Positions 38,811-49,436 of a stretch of 64,000 bases of DNA are shown piece by piece. The stretch comes from Eledone cirrhosa (taxonomy: Eukaryota): contig OZ024740.1 of the NCBI GenBank assembly GCA_964016885.1, positions 341,682,001 to 341,746,000 of the forward strand. The letters run 5' to 3'. The stretch's first letter is position 1. Every line of letters starts with the position of its first letter. Both the position numbers and the translations under genes were made by a program. A model generated the notes under the pieces. It was not told where the DNA came from and made no database searches. It saw nothing but the letters and a program-made list of their open reading frames with translations.

Positions 38811-41213
38811 TTAACTGTATACTTTGTGAAAAGTTCTATGGAATTTATGAAGGCAGATGGAAAACAAATCCGAGCGTCTATTTATTATGGATTCTAGGTT
38901 AGAGATAATGGTAAATTTTTCATTTAGGCAGAGATTACAGATTTTAGATAGAGAACTGTTCAAGTACGAGGATGCAGAAGAAATCTTTTTCCAAAAGATG
39001 TTATATTTAATGTTTTTGTCTTTTAAGGACCATATGAGTTCTGAGAGAGCAGTGTTAGTTCTTTTAAGTTTGTATTTGAAAGATGAATGATGATTATAGA
39101 GACGAGCTTTAAAAGAGGTGGAAGTGGAGCCAAAATAGGTGAAGGAGTTGGTGCTAGTTATAATTTTACATTCATAAATTAAGTTTTTATCGAGGCAATG
39201 GTTGTTGAGAGGACATTTATTTTTAATGCGGCAGTTGCAATTAGAGAGATTATTAATGAGTGATCTAGTGTTATCTATAGAAGGAATTGGATTGGAGAAG
39301 TTGTTTGCGATAGGAATAATAGGAATAATAGTTTCTTGATTTAGAGTTGGATTATGAACATTTAGCGAAGTTGTGTTTGACGTTGCATTTGGGTTTACAG
39401 AAGTTAGCCTAGGGTTTACAATGACGTCAGGAGTACTATTATTGTTATTATGAGATTCAATATTGGAAGGAAGAGATTTAGTATTTAATATTTTGTTGTT
39501 GTGTTTAGAAATGATGTTGGAAATATTGGAGGATGTAGAATACGAAAATTTAATGGTGTGTTTGTTAAATATTTTACTATAGATATGTGAGGGAGGGAAG
39601 CATTTATTTAAGGCACTAAAAAATAATTTAGGAATATTGTTATTAATAGAGATGGAGAAAGGAGCATTATACCAGATTATGTTTTTGTATCTAGGTCTTT
39701 TATTAAAATTATTGGAATGGTTATGATTAAATATTCTACTGTAAGTTTTCCTAGAATTTGTTTCTTTATTATATTTGATTTTATCTGGATAGCCAGCTTT
39801 AGAAAGTGCGTTATTATAGTAATTGGCGTTAGCATCAAAGATGTTTTTATTAGAAGATATGTTAGATATTCTATTTCCAATATTATTAACTATAGCATTC
39901 TTGATATTGGTAGGATGGTTAGATTTAAAGTTAACATAATTAAGATTCTCATTGTTTTTATGGTAAGGGTAATATAGGCCAGTGTCAAGATTAAGAGATA
40001 CATCCAAGAAATTAGCTAGTTTGGTACTATTATCAAATTCAATTTTTAGGTTATGTTGGTTAAAGAGATTACGTATATTGTTCTTAATAATATTAAGTTT
40101 AACTATATTGCAATTTAGGATAGTAAAGAGTCCATCGTCACGATAAATTCCACCGCGAAGTTGAGGAATTTTCCGACTCAAAGAGTTCAAAATGAAGATA
40201 CCAATTAAATCAGTCAATTGGGATGAATCGGATGCTCCCATTGTGATGTCGAAGTTGTTAGAGGTATCGGCTCTGGTCCAATATTCGTTGTTGAACTCTA
40301 GGATGGTTTTACGTGCGGTGAGGATGATGTGAAGTTCATCTGTGGTGATGTCAGAATATTTAAGTGCGAAAGATAGAGCATTATTGAGAAGTGAAGGCGA
40401 AATGGAGGAATAGTAGCTGGCAATATCGAATTGAATAAATTTTAGTTTGTTTTTATTATCCAATTTGTTGAACCAGCCAATCACTTCAGAAGTACCAAAC
40501 CATAAATTTAGGTTTAAAGAAGAGCAATTAGAACTAACCTGTGGGATAATCCTATCCAAGATGGCTTTACTAACAACCCCCAGATCAGATTTAGAGGGGG
40601 CGATTAATCTAACAGGTAGTTCAGTGCGAAAATTGTTTTTGTGATCCTTGAGATTTATCCTCGGAGTTCTTGGGAGGAATGGTTCGGTCTTTTTTTCAAT
40701 GCCAAGTTTTGACATAATCTCATAGGCTTCAAGGTTTATGCATTCTAAATTTTCATGGTTGGTTTTACGATACTTTTTCCTAAGTTCCTTTAGGATAAGG
40801 TTGTTATAATTATCCTTGGAAATACCATATAGGTTATTGGTTTTGTCAGAGTGGACTAAAACATTTTTTGAGGAATTTAGGTTAGAGATTGTGTTCTTGA
40901 GATTTACAAGGTGCTCTTGTCCTTTGTAAGGGTATCTCTTGAATTTAAGATTTTTTATAATTTTAGTTAATTCTTCCTCGAATTGTGCTAGATTTTTGTT
41001 GGAAGGAGGATTTCGTCTGGAATTAAAAAGATGATCGAGGAAGTTGTGTTCTTTGGTATGAAAGTTCCCTTTTAGGCGCTGGTCATAGAAATAGGCTGTC
41101 CATCTAAGTCTTCTTACGAAGGAGTCAGTTTTTTCAATAAGAAGTTTGGTGAATTCAGATTTACCAGGTATAGGAATGTCTTTAGTAGAATTGGTTATGT
41201 TGTAATAATCCAT
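38811..41213 (-). CDS. Penelope-like RT plus GIY-YIG endonuclease, ~800 aa
   Basis: Uninterrupted ORF: KDIPIP, HSDKTNNLY, LKDHK, QFDIASYY, MGASD, GIYRDDGL, NFLDV, SNHP, CNCR..KCPL..C, LIYEC...YFGST...R..NH, CNLC..EK. Alternative ATG at 41240. Confidence 0.93.
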   Translation of the reverse strand: MDYYNITNSTKDIPIPGKSEFTKLLIEKTDSFVRRLRWTAYFYDQRLKGNFHTKEHNFLDHLFNSRRNPPSNKNLAQFEEELTKIIKNLKFKRYPYKGQEHLVNLKNTISNLNSSKNVLVHSDKTNNLYGISKDNYNNLILKELRKKYRKTNHENLECINLEAYEIMSKLGIEKKTEPFLPRTPRINLKDHKNNFRTELPVRLIAPSKSDLGVVSKAILDRIIPQVSSNCSSLNLNLWFGTSEVIGWFNKLDNKNKLKFIQFDIASYYSSISPSLLNNALSFALKYSDITTDELHIILTARKTILEFNNEYWTRADTSNNFDITMGASDSSQLTDLIGIFILNSLSRKIPQLRGGIYRDDGLFTILNCNIVKLNIIKNNIRNLFNQHNLKIEFDNSTKLANFLDVSLNLDTGLYYPYHKNNENLNYVNFKSNHPTNIKNAIVNNIGNRISNISSNKNIFDANANYYNNALSKAGYPDKIKYNKETNSRKTYSRIFNHNHSNNFNKRPRYKNIIWYNAPFSISINNNIPKLFFSALNKCFPPSHIYSKIFNKHTIKFSYSTSSNISNIISKHNNKILNTKSLPSNIESHNNNNSTPDVIVNPRLTSVNPNATSNTTSLNVHNPTLNQETIIPIIPIANNFSNPIPSIDNTRSLINNLSNCNCRIKNKCPLNNHCLDKNLIYECKIITSTNSFTYFGSTSTSFKARLYNHHSSFKYKLKRTNTALSELIWSLKDKNIKYNIFWKKISSASSYLNSSLSKICNLCLNEKFTIISNLESIINRRSDLFSICLHKFHRTFHKVYS

Positions 41214-41419
41214 GTTGTAGAAGAAGAGGTGAAGGACCATCAAAAGGTATCCAATATGAGAGTAAGCGCTCAACCGTTAAGGAGCAAGTAAATGTAGGAG
41301 GTGAGTTTTATTGTAGTACAATAAAGCAATGCAGATATCGGATAAGAAGCACTCTACAGTTTGTGGGACTGGAGTATGCATAATATAAGATCAAAAGATG
41401 GTTAAAGGAGTTCAATATA

Positions 41420-41486
41420 TTTTATTATGCGCATTTCAAAAACAAACATCATCAAACAATAATATTTGTGTTTTCATCAGATAAAA
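41420..41486 (-). ncRNA. Hammerhead in the 5' pLTR, ~200 nt upstream of the ORF
   Basis: Reverse complement of 42797-42863. Confidence 0.85.
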
Positions 41487-42796
41487 CAGGAGAACATGAT
41501 ATGAAGGCTAAAAAAACACTTGTTGATAGTGCAGTTTTAAATCAACATATGAAAAGTGGTTTTAGATTGATGTGTGATATTGGGAAAAATATTTTATTTA
41601 GAGAGGGGGGGAGAGAAAAGGATGAAAAGGGAAGGAGATGAGAGGGAGAGATGGGTGATAGAGAGAAAGAGATAGTTTTTATAACAGAGAGGAGATATAT
41701 TTTATATAGAGGGGTTGAAAACCGTTGGAAGATACTGTATAAATTAAAAATTTTGAAAATTAACGAAGGGAGGATATGTGCGAGGAAAAAATATATTATA
41801 TTTAGGGAGGGGTGGGGGTGGAAAGGATGAAAAAAAGGGAGGAGATGAGAGTGAAGGTGGAAAGGGAGAGATGGGTGATAGAGAGAAAGAGATAGTTTTT
41901 ATAACTGAGAAAAAGATATAATGTTTTAATATAGAGAGGTTGGGAACCGTTGGAAGATAATGTATAAATTAAAGGAATTTGAAAATTAACGAAGGGAAAT
42001 TATGTATGGAGATAGAGAGAAAAAAATAACGAAGGGAGATTATGTATGGAGATAGAGAGAAAAAAATAATAATTGTGGGTGAATATTCAAAATATTCATT
42101 ATTAATACATATGAATTCAATATAAATTTTTCTCAAATCCTATACATAAACTTTTTCTCTTTGCTAATTTTAAGATTCCTACATTTCTCCTTTTGAATAT
42201 TCACCCACAATTATTATTTTTTTCTCTCTATCTCCATACATAATCTCCCTTCGTTATTTTTTTCTCTCTATCTCCATACATAATTTCCCTTCGTTAATTT
42301 TCAAATTCCTTTAATTTATACATTATCTTCCAACGGTTCCCAACCTCTCTATATTAAAACATTATATCTTTTTCTCAGTTATAAAAACTATCTCTTTCTC
42401 TCTATCACCCATCTCTCCCTTTCCACCTTCACTCTCATCTCCTCCCTTTTTTTCATCCTTTCCACCCCCACCCCTCCCTAAATATAATATATTTTTTCCT
42501 CGCACATATCCTCCCTTCGTTAATTTTCAAAATTTTTAATTTATACAGTATCTTCCAACGGTTTTCAACCCCTCTATATAAAATATATCTCCTCTCTGTT
42601 ATAAAAACTATCTCTTTCTCTCTATCACCCATCTCTCCCTCTCATCTCCTTCCCTTTTCATCCTTTTCTCTCCCCCCCTCTCTAAATAAAATATTTTTCC
42701 CAATATCACACATCAATCTAAAACCACTTTTCATATGTTGATTTAAAACTGCACTATCAACAAGTGTTTTTTTAGCCTTCATATCATGTTCTCCTG

Positions 42797-42863
42797 TTTT
42801 ATCTGATGAAAACACAAATATTATTGTTTGATGATGTTTGTTTTTGAAATGCGCATAATAAAA
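42797..42863 (+). ncRNA. Type I hammerhead ribozyme in the Naiad pLTR (inverted copy)
   Basis: TTTTAT-CTGATGA-[AAACA-CAAATATTATT-GTTT-GATGATGTTTG-TTTTT]-GAAA-T-GCGC-AT-A-ATAAAA. Confidence 0.85.
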
Positions 42864-42986
42864 TATATTGAACTCCTTTAACCATCTTTTGATCTTATAT
42901 TATGCATACTCCAGTCCCACAAACTGTAGAGTGCTTCTTATCCGATATCTGCATTGCTTTATTGTACTACAATAAAACTCACCTCC

Positions 42987-43060
<74 letters not shown>

Positions 43061-43065
<5 letters not shown>

Positions 43066-44115
43066 TAACTCATGTCTATAGAATTAATCAGATATTAAAA
43101 TATATACTATTTCTTCTTCTAATCAGCATAATTAACCATATACATAATCAAATCTAGCAAGCTTTAAGAATAAATTTTCTAACGGGGAAATCTCCGACAA
43201 ATAACTGACCGCAGCCAGTTCGCGTTAACTCCGTTCACCATTTATCAAACACTTCGGCAGCATGCAGAATCCGATCAAATACACCGTCAACCGCACGTAA
43301 TTAGTAGTAAAATTAAACTTAGAAGAAATGCGCACATACCGTAATTATATCTCTACCATAGTTTCTTCCTAGTTTAGGACATCCAAATAATATGGATATG
43401 CTTTTTTGAGTCAGGAATCTTCAGGAGACAAACTCAGAAATAGACATTTAATTTCTCAGACATACCGCGCCAAATTTAGATTCAAAAATGGCTAAGGTCG
43501 CTATGTAGCTGTGTACCAGCCAGAGAGAAAGCGTGTGATTGGTCGCTTACGGCGGGTAGGCATGCTGCTAGAAAGCGCAGCCATATATCGCTAAATTTAA
43601 TCTCAACCGAAAGGGAGATTATTAAATATAGAGGTTTTCACATACATAAAATTAAACTAAATTAAATCAAGGATACATTTATGTGTTGCAACTGCTCATG
43701 GTAGAGATATAATTACGGTATGTGCGCATTTCTTCTAAGTTTAATTTTACTACTAATTACGTGCGGTTGACGGTGTATTTGATCGGATTCTGCATGCTGC
43801 CGAAGTGTTTGATAAATAATGGAACGGAGTTAACGCGAACTAGCTGTGGTCAGTTATTTGTCGGAGATTTCCCCGTTAGAAAATTTATTCTTAAAGCTTG
43901 CTAGATTTGATTATGTATATGGTTAATTATGCTGATTAGAAGAAGAAATAGTATATATTTTAATATCTGATTAATTCTATAGATATGAGTTATGATATAA
44001 TGCTCTGATTTTTTGATTTTAATTTATTAATTCTTCATTGAGCTTAAAAGTGAACAGTTGCAACACATATATGTATCCTTGATTTAATTTAATTTAATTT
44101 TATGTATGTGATAAC

Positions 44116-44122
<7 letters not shown>
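43061..44122. mobile_element. Non-coding element with interleaved inverted repeats (A-X-B-A'-Y-B') between (TA)n
   Basis: A 43061-43359 and A' 43698-43998; B ~43627-43698 and B' ~44051-44122. Confidence 0.85.
43349..43429 (-). ncRNA. Type I hammerhead ribozyme
   Basis: GTCTC-CTGAAGA-TTCCT...ATATCCA-TATTATT-TGGATGT...AGGAA-GAAAC-TATG-GT-A-GAGAT. Confidence 0.8.
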
Positions 44123-44163
<41 letters not shown>

Positions 44164-44189
44164 TAAAATAATTATTATTACTATACATA

Positions 44190-44248
<59 letters not shown>

Positions 44249-45727
44249 TGTATATGTATATATATAAATATGTGTATGCACACATACACACATATACACA
44301 CACACATGGGTGTGTGTGTGTAAGTATATATGTGTGTATACTCTACATATGCACACACTACATATATACACATGTCCCAAATATTCTTTGCATATTCCAA
44401 GAAGCTTAAAAGATTGGTATTGTTGCAATTACTTTTGACATTTTATATACACCAACATGAGCATAGTTAGGTCACATACATTTAGAGTAAAACACAAACT
44501 CTAATTGACCGCAGCTATTTATCTAAAATGTGGAATGTTGAACTCAAAGGTCACATCAGTGAGTGATACCTACAATACATCTCTCCAAAGAAGTGTAAAT
44601 TACTATAAGGATGACACACATACACACACACACACGCACACATACACACACACGCGCACACACACACACACACACGCACACGCACACACAGATCACATAT
44701 ATAAATCATCATCATCATTATTTGATGATATATATATATATATCTACACCTGATATTCCCCCTCCACATGCATGTGTGTGTGTCTGTGTGTATATCATGA
44801 CTCATACACTGTTCACTTTCCTGACATTTGTACATTATTCTATGTACTATACATGCACCTTTGATGAGTTGTAGTGCACCTGAGCACTGTACACAATAAC
44901 TTTCTTTATCATTTGGATTGGCAGTATTGGTAGAGCATTTGACACCATACTCTGCAGTATAGAGTTACGTCTCTTTACGTTCTGATTTGAAATTCTGGGG
45001 TTGATAAAATAAAGCACCAATAATGCACTGGGATCGATTTAATCAACTTTCCTTCCCCCAAAATTGCTGGCCTTGTGCCTAAAGTAGAAACAATTATTAT
45101 TATTATATATATTAGGTGGTGGACTGGCAGTATCGGTAGAACATCAGACACTATGCTTTGCAACATAGAGTTATGGCCTTTTACCTTTTGAGTTCAAATC
45201 TTGCCGAGGTTAACCCTGCCTTTCATCGTTACAGGGTCGATAAAATACAGCACCAGTAATGCACTGGGGTAAATGCTGGCCTTGTCCCTAAAGTAGAAAC
45301 AATTATTATTATTATTATTTGACTTTTTCAAATTTCATTTGAAAAGGAAAATCAGAGTAGAGAGGGGAGTGCTCTCTTCCCAGCATTTTGTTGAAAGATG
45401 GGTGAGAGAAGCAAGAATGGCCCGCGTGAATGGGCCTACTCTGAGTATGTGTCTGTAAATTAAAGGTGAAAAACTGGGAGAGGGCACTTGCCTTGGTGCT
45501 CAGGGTCACTGTGGCCTTTTAATGGGCTTTCTCCACAAATGTCCCTCCGAAGTCTCCCCCCTATTGGGGAATTTTTCATTGTTAATTTTTTTGTTACATC
45601 CTCTGTTTTTGTTTTTTACACGCAGAAACGCCCATTTGTACCGTCCTGTATTGTCCTGCACTATCCTTAATGTCTACTTTATGTAAACCCTTGTGGTTAA
45701 TAAAGAAATCATTATTATTATTATTAT

Positions 45728-46002
45728 TAGAGTTGCTGAAGCATGAAACAAACTCTCTGCATCAGTTGTTAACTGCCGAGACACTGCATCCTTTAAAACC
45801 TCCATGCTTCCTGAGATTTGCCAACACTACACCTGATGTCCTCCCCCCCCCCTCTCCATACACAAGCACACATGTATTTCATGACTCATACACTGTTCAT
45901 TTTCCTGACATTTGTACATTATTCTATGTACTACACATGCATCTTTGATGAGTTGTAGTGCACCTGAGCACTGTACAAAATAATTTCATTATTATTATTA
46001 TT
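45728..46002 (+). mobile_element. CR1/L2-like LINE 3' end with (ATT)n tail
   Basis: Matches the reverse complement of 48390-49000; another tail at ~44745-44912. Confidence 0.75.
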
Positions 46003-48379
46003 TTATAATCAATGTATTTGATAGAGTATTATATAGTAAATAACTGGTTGATATTCATCACAGAGAATGATATATAGGTTACAGTGCAATGTAATATAGA
46101 CTGTATATCAGGAAAAATTAGGCAAGACTTGTTGAAAATTGAAGAAGTATTTATTGATGCAGGATATTTATTACACATGTTTCAGTGCAGTTATGTAATG
46201 GCCTCCAAAATCTAGATTGTTATAATGCAATGTGTTATATGTTTAAAGCATGTGGTAATGTTTGTTTATGTCCTGTACATCACTGCTGAAAACTAAAGCT
46301 GGTGGATGAAGGTATTTGTTTAAATTGAGAAATTATACATGTACATAGCCCATGCTAGTGTGGAAAAATGGACACAAATTGGTGATGATGATGTACGTAT
46401 ATACACCCCCACCTATATAGTCATGGAAACGAGATTATATGTATTTATTTATCTATGTAGTTGTCTTGTACAAATTTACATATACACTGCCTAATATCCA
46501 TCACCATGAAAAGAGAGAGAGAGAGAGAATAATTATTTTAGTTCTTTAAATCCTTCCCTTGATTTTTACTTACTCTGCTATCCCTAGATTCAACTCTTGT
46601 CCTAGAACTTGTCTACAACTTCCTCAAGATTCATACAATCTAAGACTAGCTATCCAGCGCCTGACTCTCCTCACAATAGTTATACCATTTAGAAGTACAA
46701 TTCACCTGTAATGTATAGACTTTTGCAAGTGCTTTGTTAGTTACTAAAACTAGAGTCTTATGGTTTTAACCCTTTAGTATTCACATTACTCTATATATAT
46801 TATTATATTTTCATGGTAAATGCTTTATCTCACATAATTATCTCACATAATATCGAATCTATGAGATTTTGAAAGTATTTATTTTGAGAACAATACCTTA
46901 ACATCAGTTTGAGTGACCAGTTACAGCCAGTTTCAATAGAAAAGGGTAGAGAATTCTGGCCAGTTTTGGCCAGATTGAACATTAAAGGGTTAAGCATTTC
47001 CACAGTGGGTGCTGGAGAAAATCTGCTGCATCTTTTGGCCCAACAAAGTGTCAAATGAGAAACTGTTCTGCAAAGCCAGTTGCCACAAAATGTCTGTGGC
47101 TAAAGTAGTTAGGCCACATACTGGAAATAGCTCAGAATAAAATACAAGGGTAGTATTAAAATGGATTTCACCTAGAAATTGAAATCTTGGATGACCAAAT
47201 AACATTTGGCAAAGAATAATTGAAAGCATATTGAGAGAAATGCATCTTCCATGAGGCAAGACACACAGAATTGCTAAAGATTGGTGTGACTGGCGTTGAA
47301 ATGCTGGAACCTTATTTTTTAATTGGGAAGAAGTGAAGAAATGTATTAATAATAATTAATTCTAATTTTGGCACAAGGCCAGCAATTTGGGCAATTTTGT
47401 GGGTAAGAGAAAGTCATGTTAACTCCTCTAATCCAACAGAATTTCTTCCTGAAACTTTTTCCACATGTAGCCACAGGTAGACCATGAAACAACAACCCAG
47501 AATATAGTTCAGATAGGGATGCAACAAGCGAATAGACTGTGTAACTATTGCTTTGACTCACTATATAGTATTGAGATCCTTCCCACTCTCCTCCTTCATA
47601 CCAAGGAAGGTTATAGTTATAATAAATTTCATGAGTTTAGATAAGTTTTTATGATGAAAAGAAAAGAGATCTAACATTTCAGGACTAACCTTTCATCTGA
47701 GTGGAAAGATTTCCAACTGGTTAAATGTTATAATGAGCTTTTGAACCCCTTTCTAGTTGTCTATTTTATCTTAACTACATTCACCTTCAGACCTTTTGAT
47801 TCAACATTTTACTCTCAAGTTTCAAAATTCTTTTGTAGTTCAACTATTTTTTTTTAAATTAAAAAACAAGTGATTAGCATACTTGGTTCTGTATGCACTC
47901 CCACCACTCCCCAAAAAACAACAAAAACAACAACAACAACTAAAACAAGGATGAGGTGTAGGAAAGAAAAGATAATATTTTTAGTCGCTCTTGTATATAT
48001 TCCATACCTCACCAACCTTATTAACATTCTGATCTAACCTACAAGAAATAGCTGTTAAATTTTCTCACATACCACTATCTTTAAAAAATGGTCTTCATAG
48101 ACCTAGATATATAAAAATAATGGATGATTACTGCTGGATTAACTGTGATCATAGGTTTTATATTAGCATTTATATTACTTAGCATTTATATTACTCCTTA
48201 AATGCTAAAGGGTTAATCAGATTTGAACTGAGGCTATTCAAGAGAAAACAACAACATAGCTTTATACACAACCTGAACTGCTTTCAATTTATCAACAAAT
48301 TATTTTCCCTTAGACTACCAGATTACAAAGGATTACATTGTGTCAGTCGTCAAATGTGAAATAAAGAATTTATTTAAAT

Positions 48380-49250
48380 AATAATGAAATAATAATAATA
48401 ATAATGAAATTATTGTGTAAAGTGCTCAGGTGCACTACAACTCATCAAAGATGCATATATAGTACATAGAATAATATAAAATGTCAGGGAAGTGAATAGT
48501 GTATCATCATCATGATCATCATCATTTTACGTCTGCTTTTCCCTGCTTGCAAGGGTGGGACGGGAACGGATTCTGGCTCGATTTCTACAGCTGGATGCCC
48601 TTCCTAACACCAACCTCATTTACAGTGACTGCTGGGTGCTTTTTTCCCGTGGCACCTCCACGACCACTTTACAGTGGAATGATATGGACCCCAGTCCCTA
48701 TCATCTCATTTCTGAGTAAACTGGAACAATGTGAAATAAAGTGTCTTGCTCAAGGAAACAACACATCACTCGGTCTGAGAATTGAACTCACAACTTTTCG
48801 ATTGCAAGGCCAATGCTCTAACCACTAAGCCATGTGCCTCCATATGAGTCATGATATACATGTGTGTATGTGTATGGAGGGGGAACATTAGGTATAGTGT
48901 TGGCGATTCTCGAGAAGCATGGAGGTTTTAAAGGATGCAGTGTCTCGACAGCTAACAACTGATGCAGGTAGTTTGTTCCATGCTTCAGCAACTCTGAGCG
49001 TGAAAAAATGTTTCCGAAAGTCATGGGAACTGTGCTGTTTTCTGACTTTGTGGGCATGTCCATGTGTGTTAGACACATGGAAATCAAAAAGGTACTCAGG
49101 GTTGTTGTTGGTAAGATGGTTAACAATTTTGTAGGTGTTTACCAAGTCAGTTGCCAGGCGTCGGAGCTTCAATGTATCCATGCCCAGGGAAGCAAGGCGT
49201 TCAGAGTATGGTAGATGCCTGATGGGTATTGTCAATAATTTCTCTTGCAT
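48380..49250 (-). mobile_element. CR1/L2-like LINE 3' fragment interrupted by a CORE-type SINE (48503-48842)
   Basis: PYSERLASLGMDTLKLRRL..DL...YKI...T.GH..K...FF..RV...WNKLP; the 3' UTR resumes on the other side of the SINE. Confidence 0.85.
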
Positions 49251-49436
49251 TTGTCTCACAAGAGATATTGTATTACATCTTGGATCTAAATTACATCTAA
49301 TCCCCCCAGATGCTCACTGTACAAGTTCAGTTATAATTTTTATCACTACCATAATTATATGCCCTTGTCATTTTCTCTCTCTGTTGAATTTGATGCTAAT
49401 TCAATTACCCCAGTAATTCTATAATATTTCCTGTTT

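Larger units (their letters stand above)
37485..42990 (-). mobile_element. Apparently intact Naiad-type Penelope-like element with direct and inverted pLTRs
   Basis: 37485-38194 is repeated directly at 41381-42090 (offset 3896 bp); ~42096-42990 is an inverted copy that also includes the 41292-41380 tail; (TA)n on both sides. Confidence 0.95.

Noticed and set aside
38811-41213. Selenoprotein-type Naiad (UGA recoding with SECIS)
   Set aside because: The ORF has no in-frame UGA and ends in TAA. The breaks I could read in the second element (26390-28330) are a TAG and frameshifts, not UGA at Cys positions.
43061-44122. DIRS retrotransposon
   Set aside because: No gag, RT or tyrosine recombinase remnant; the hammerhead and (TA)n flanks fit a PLE-type origin better.
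48314-48364. Next pentraxin exon after the acceptor-like ttttcccttAG
   Set aside because: The phase-0 frame closes after 16 codons and lacks pentraxin motifs.
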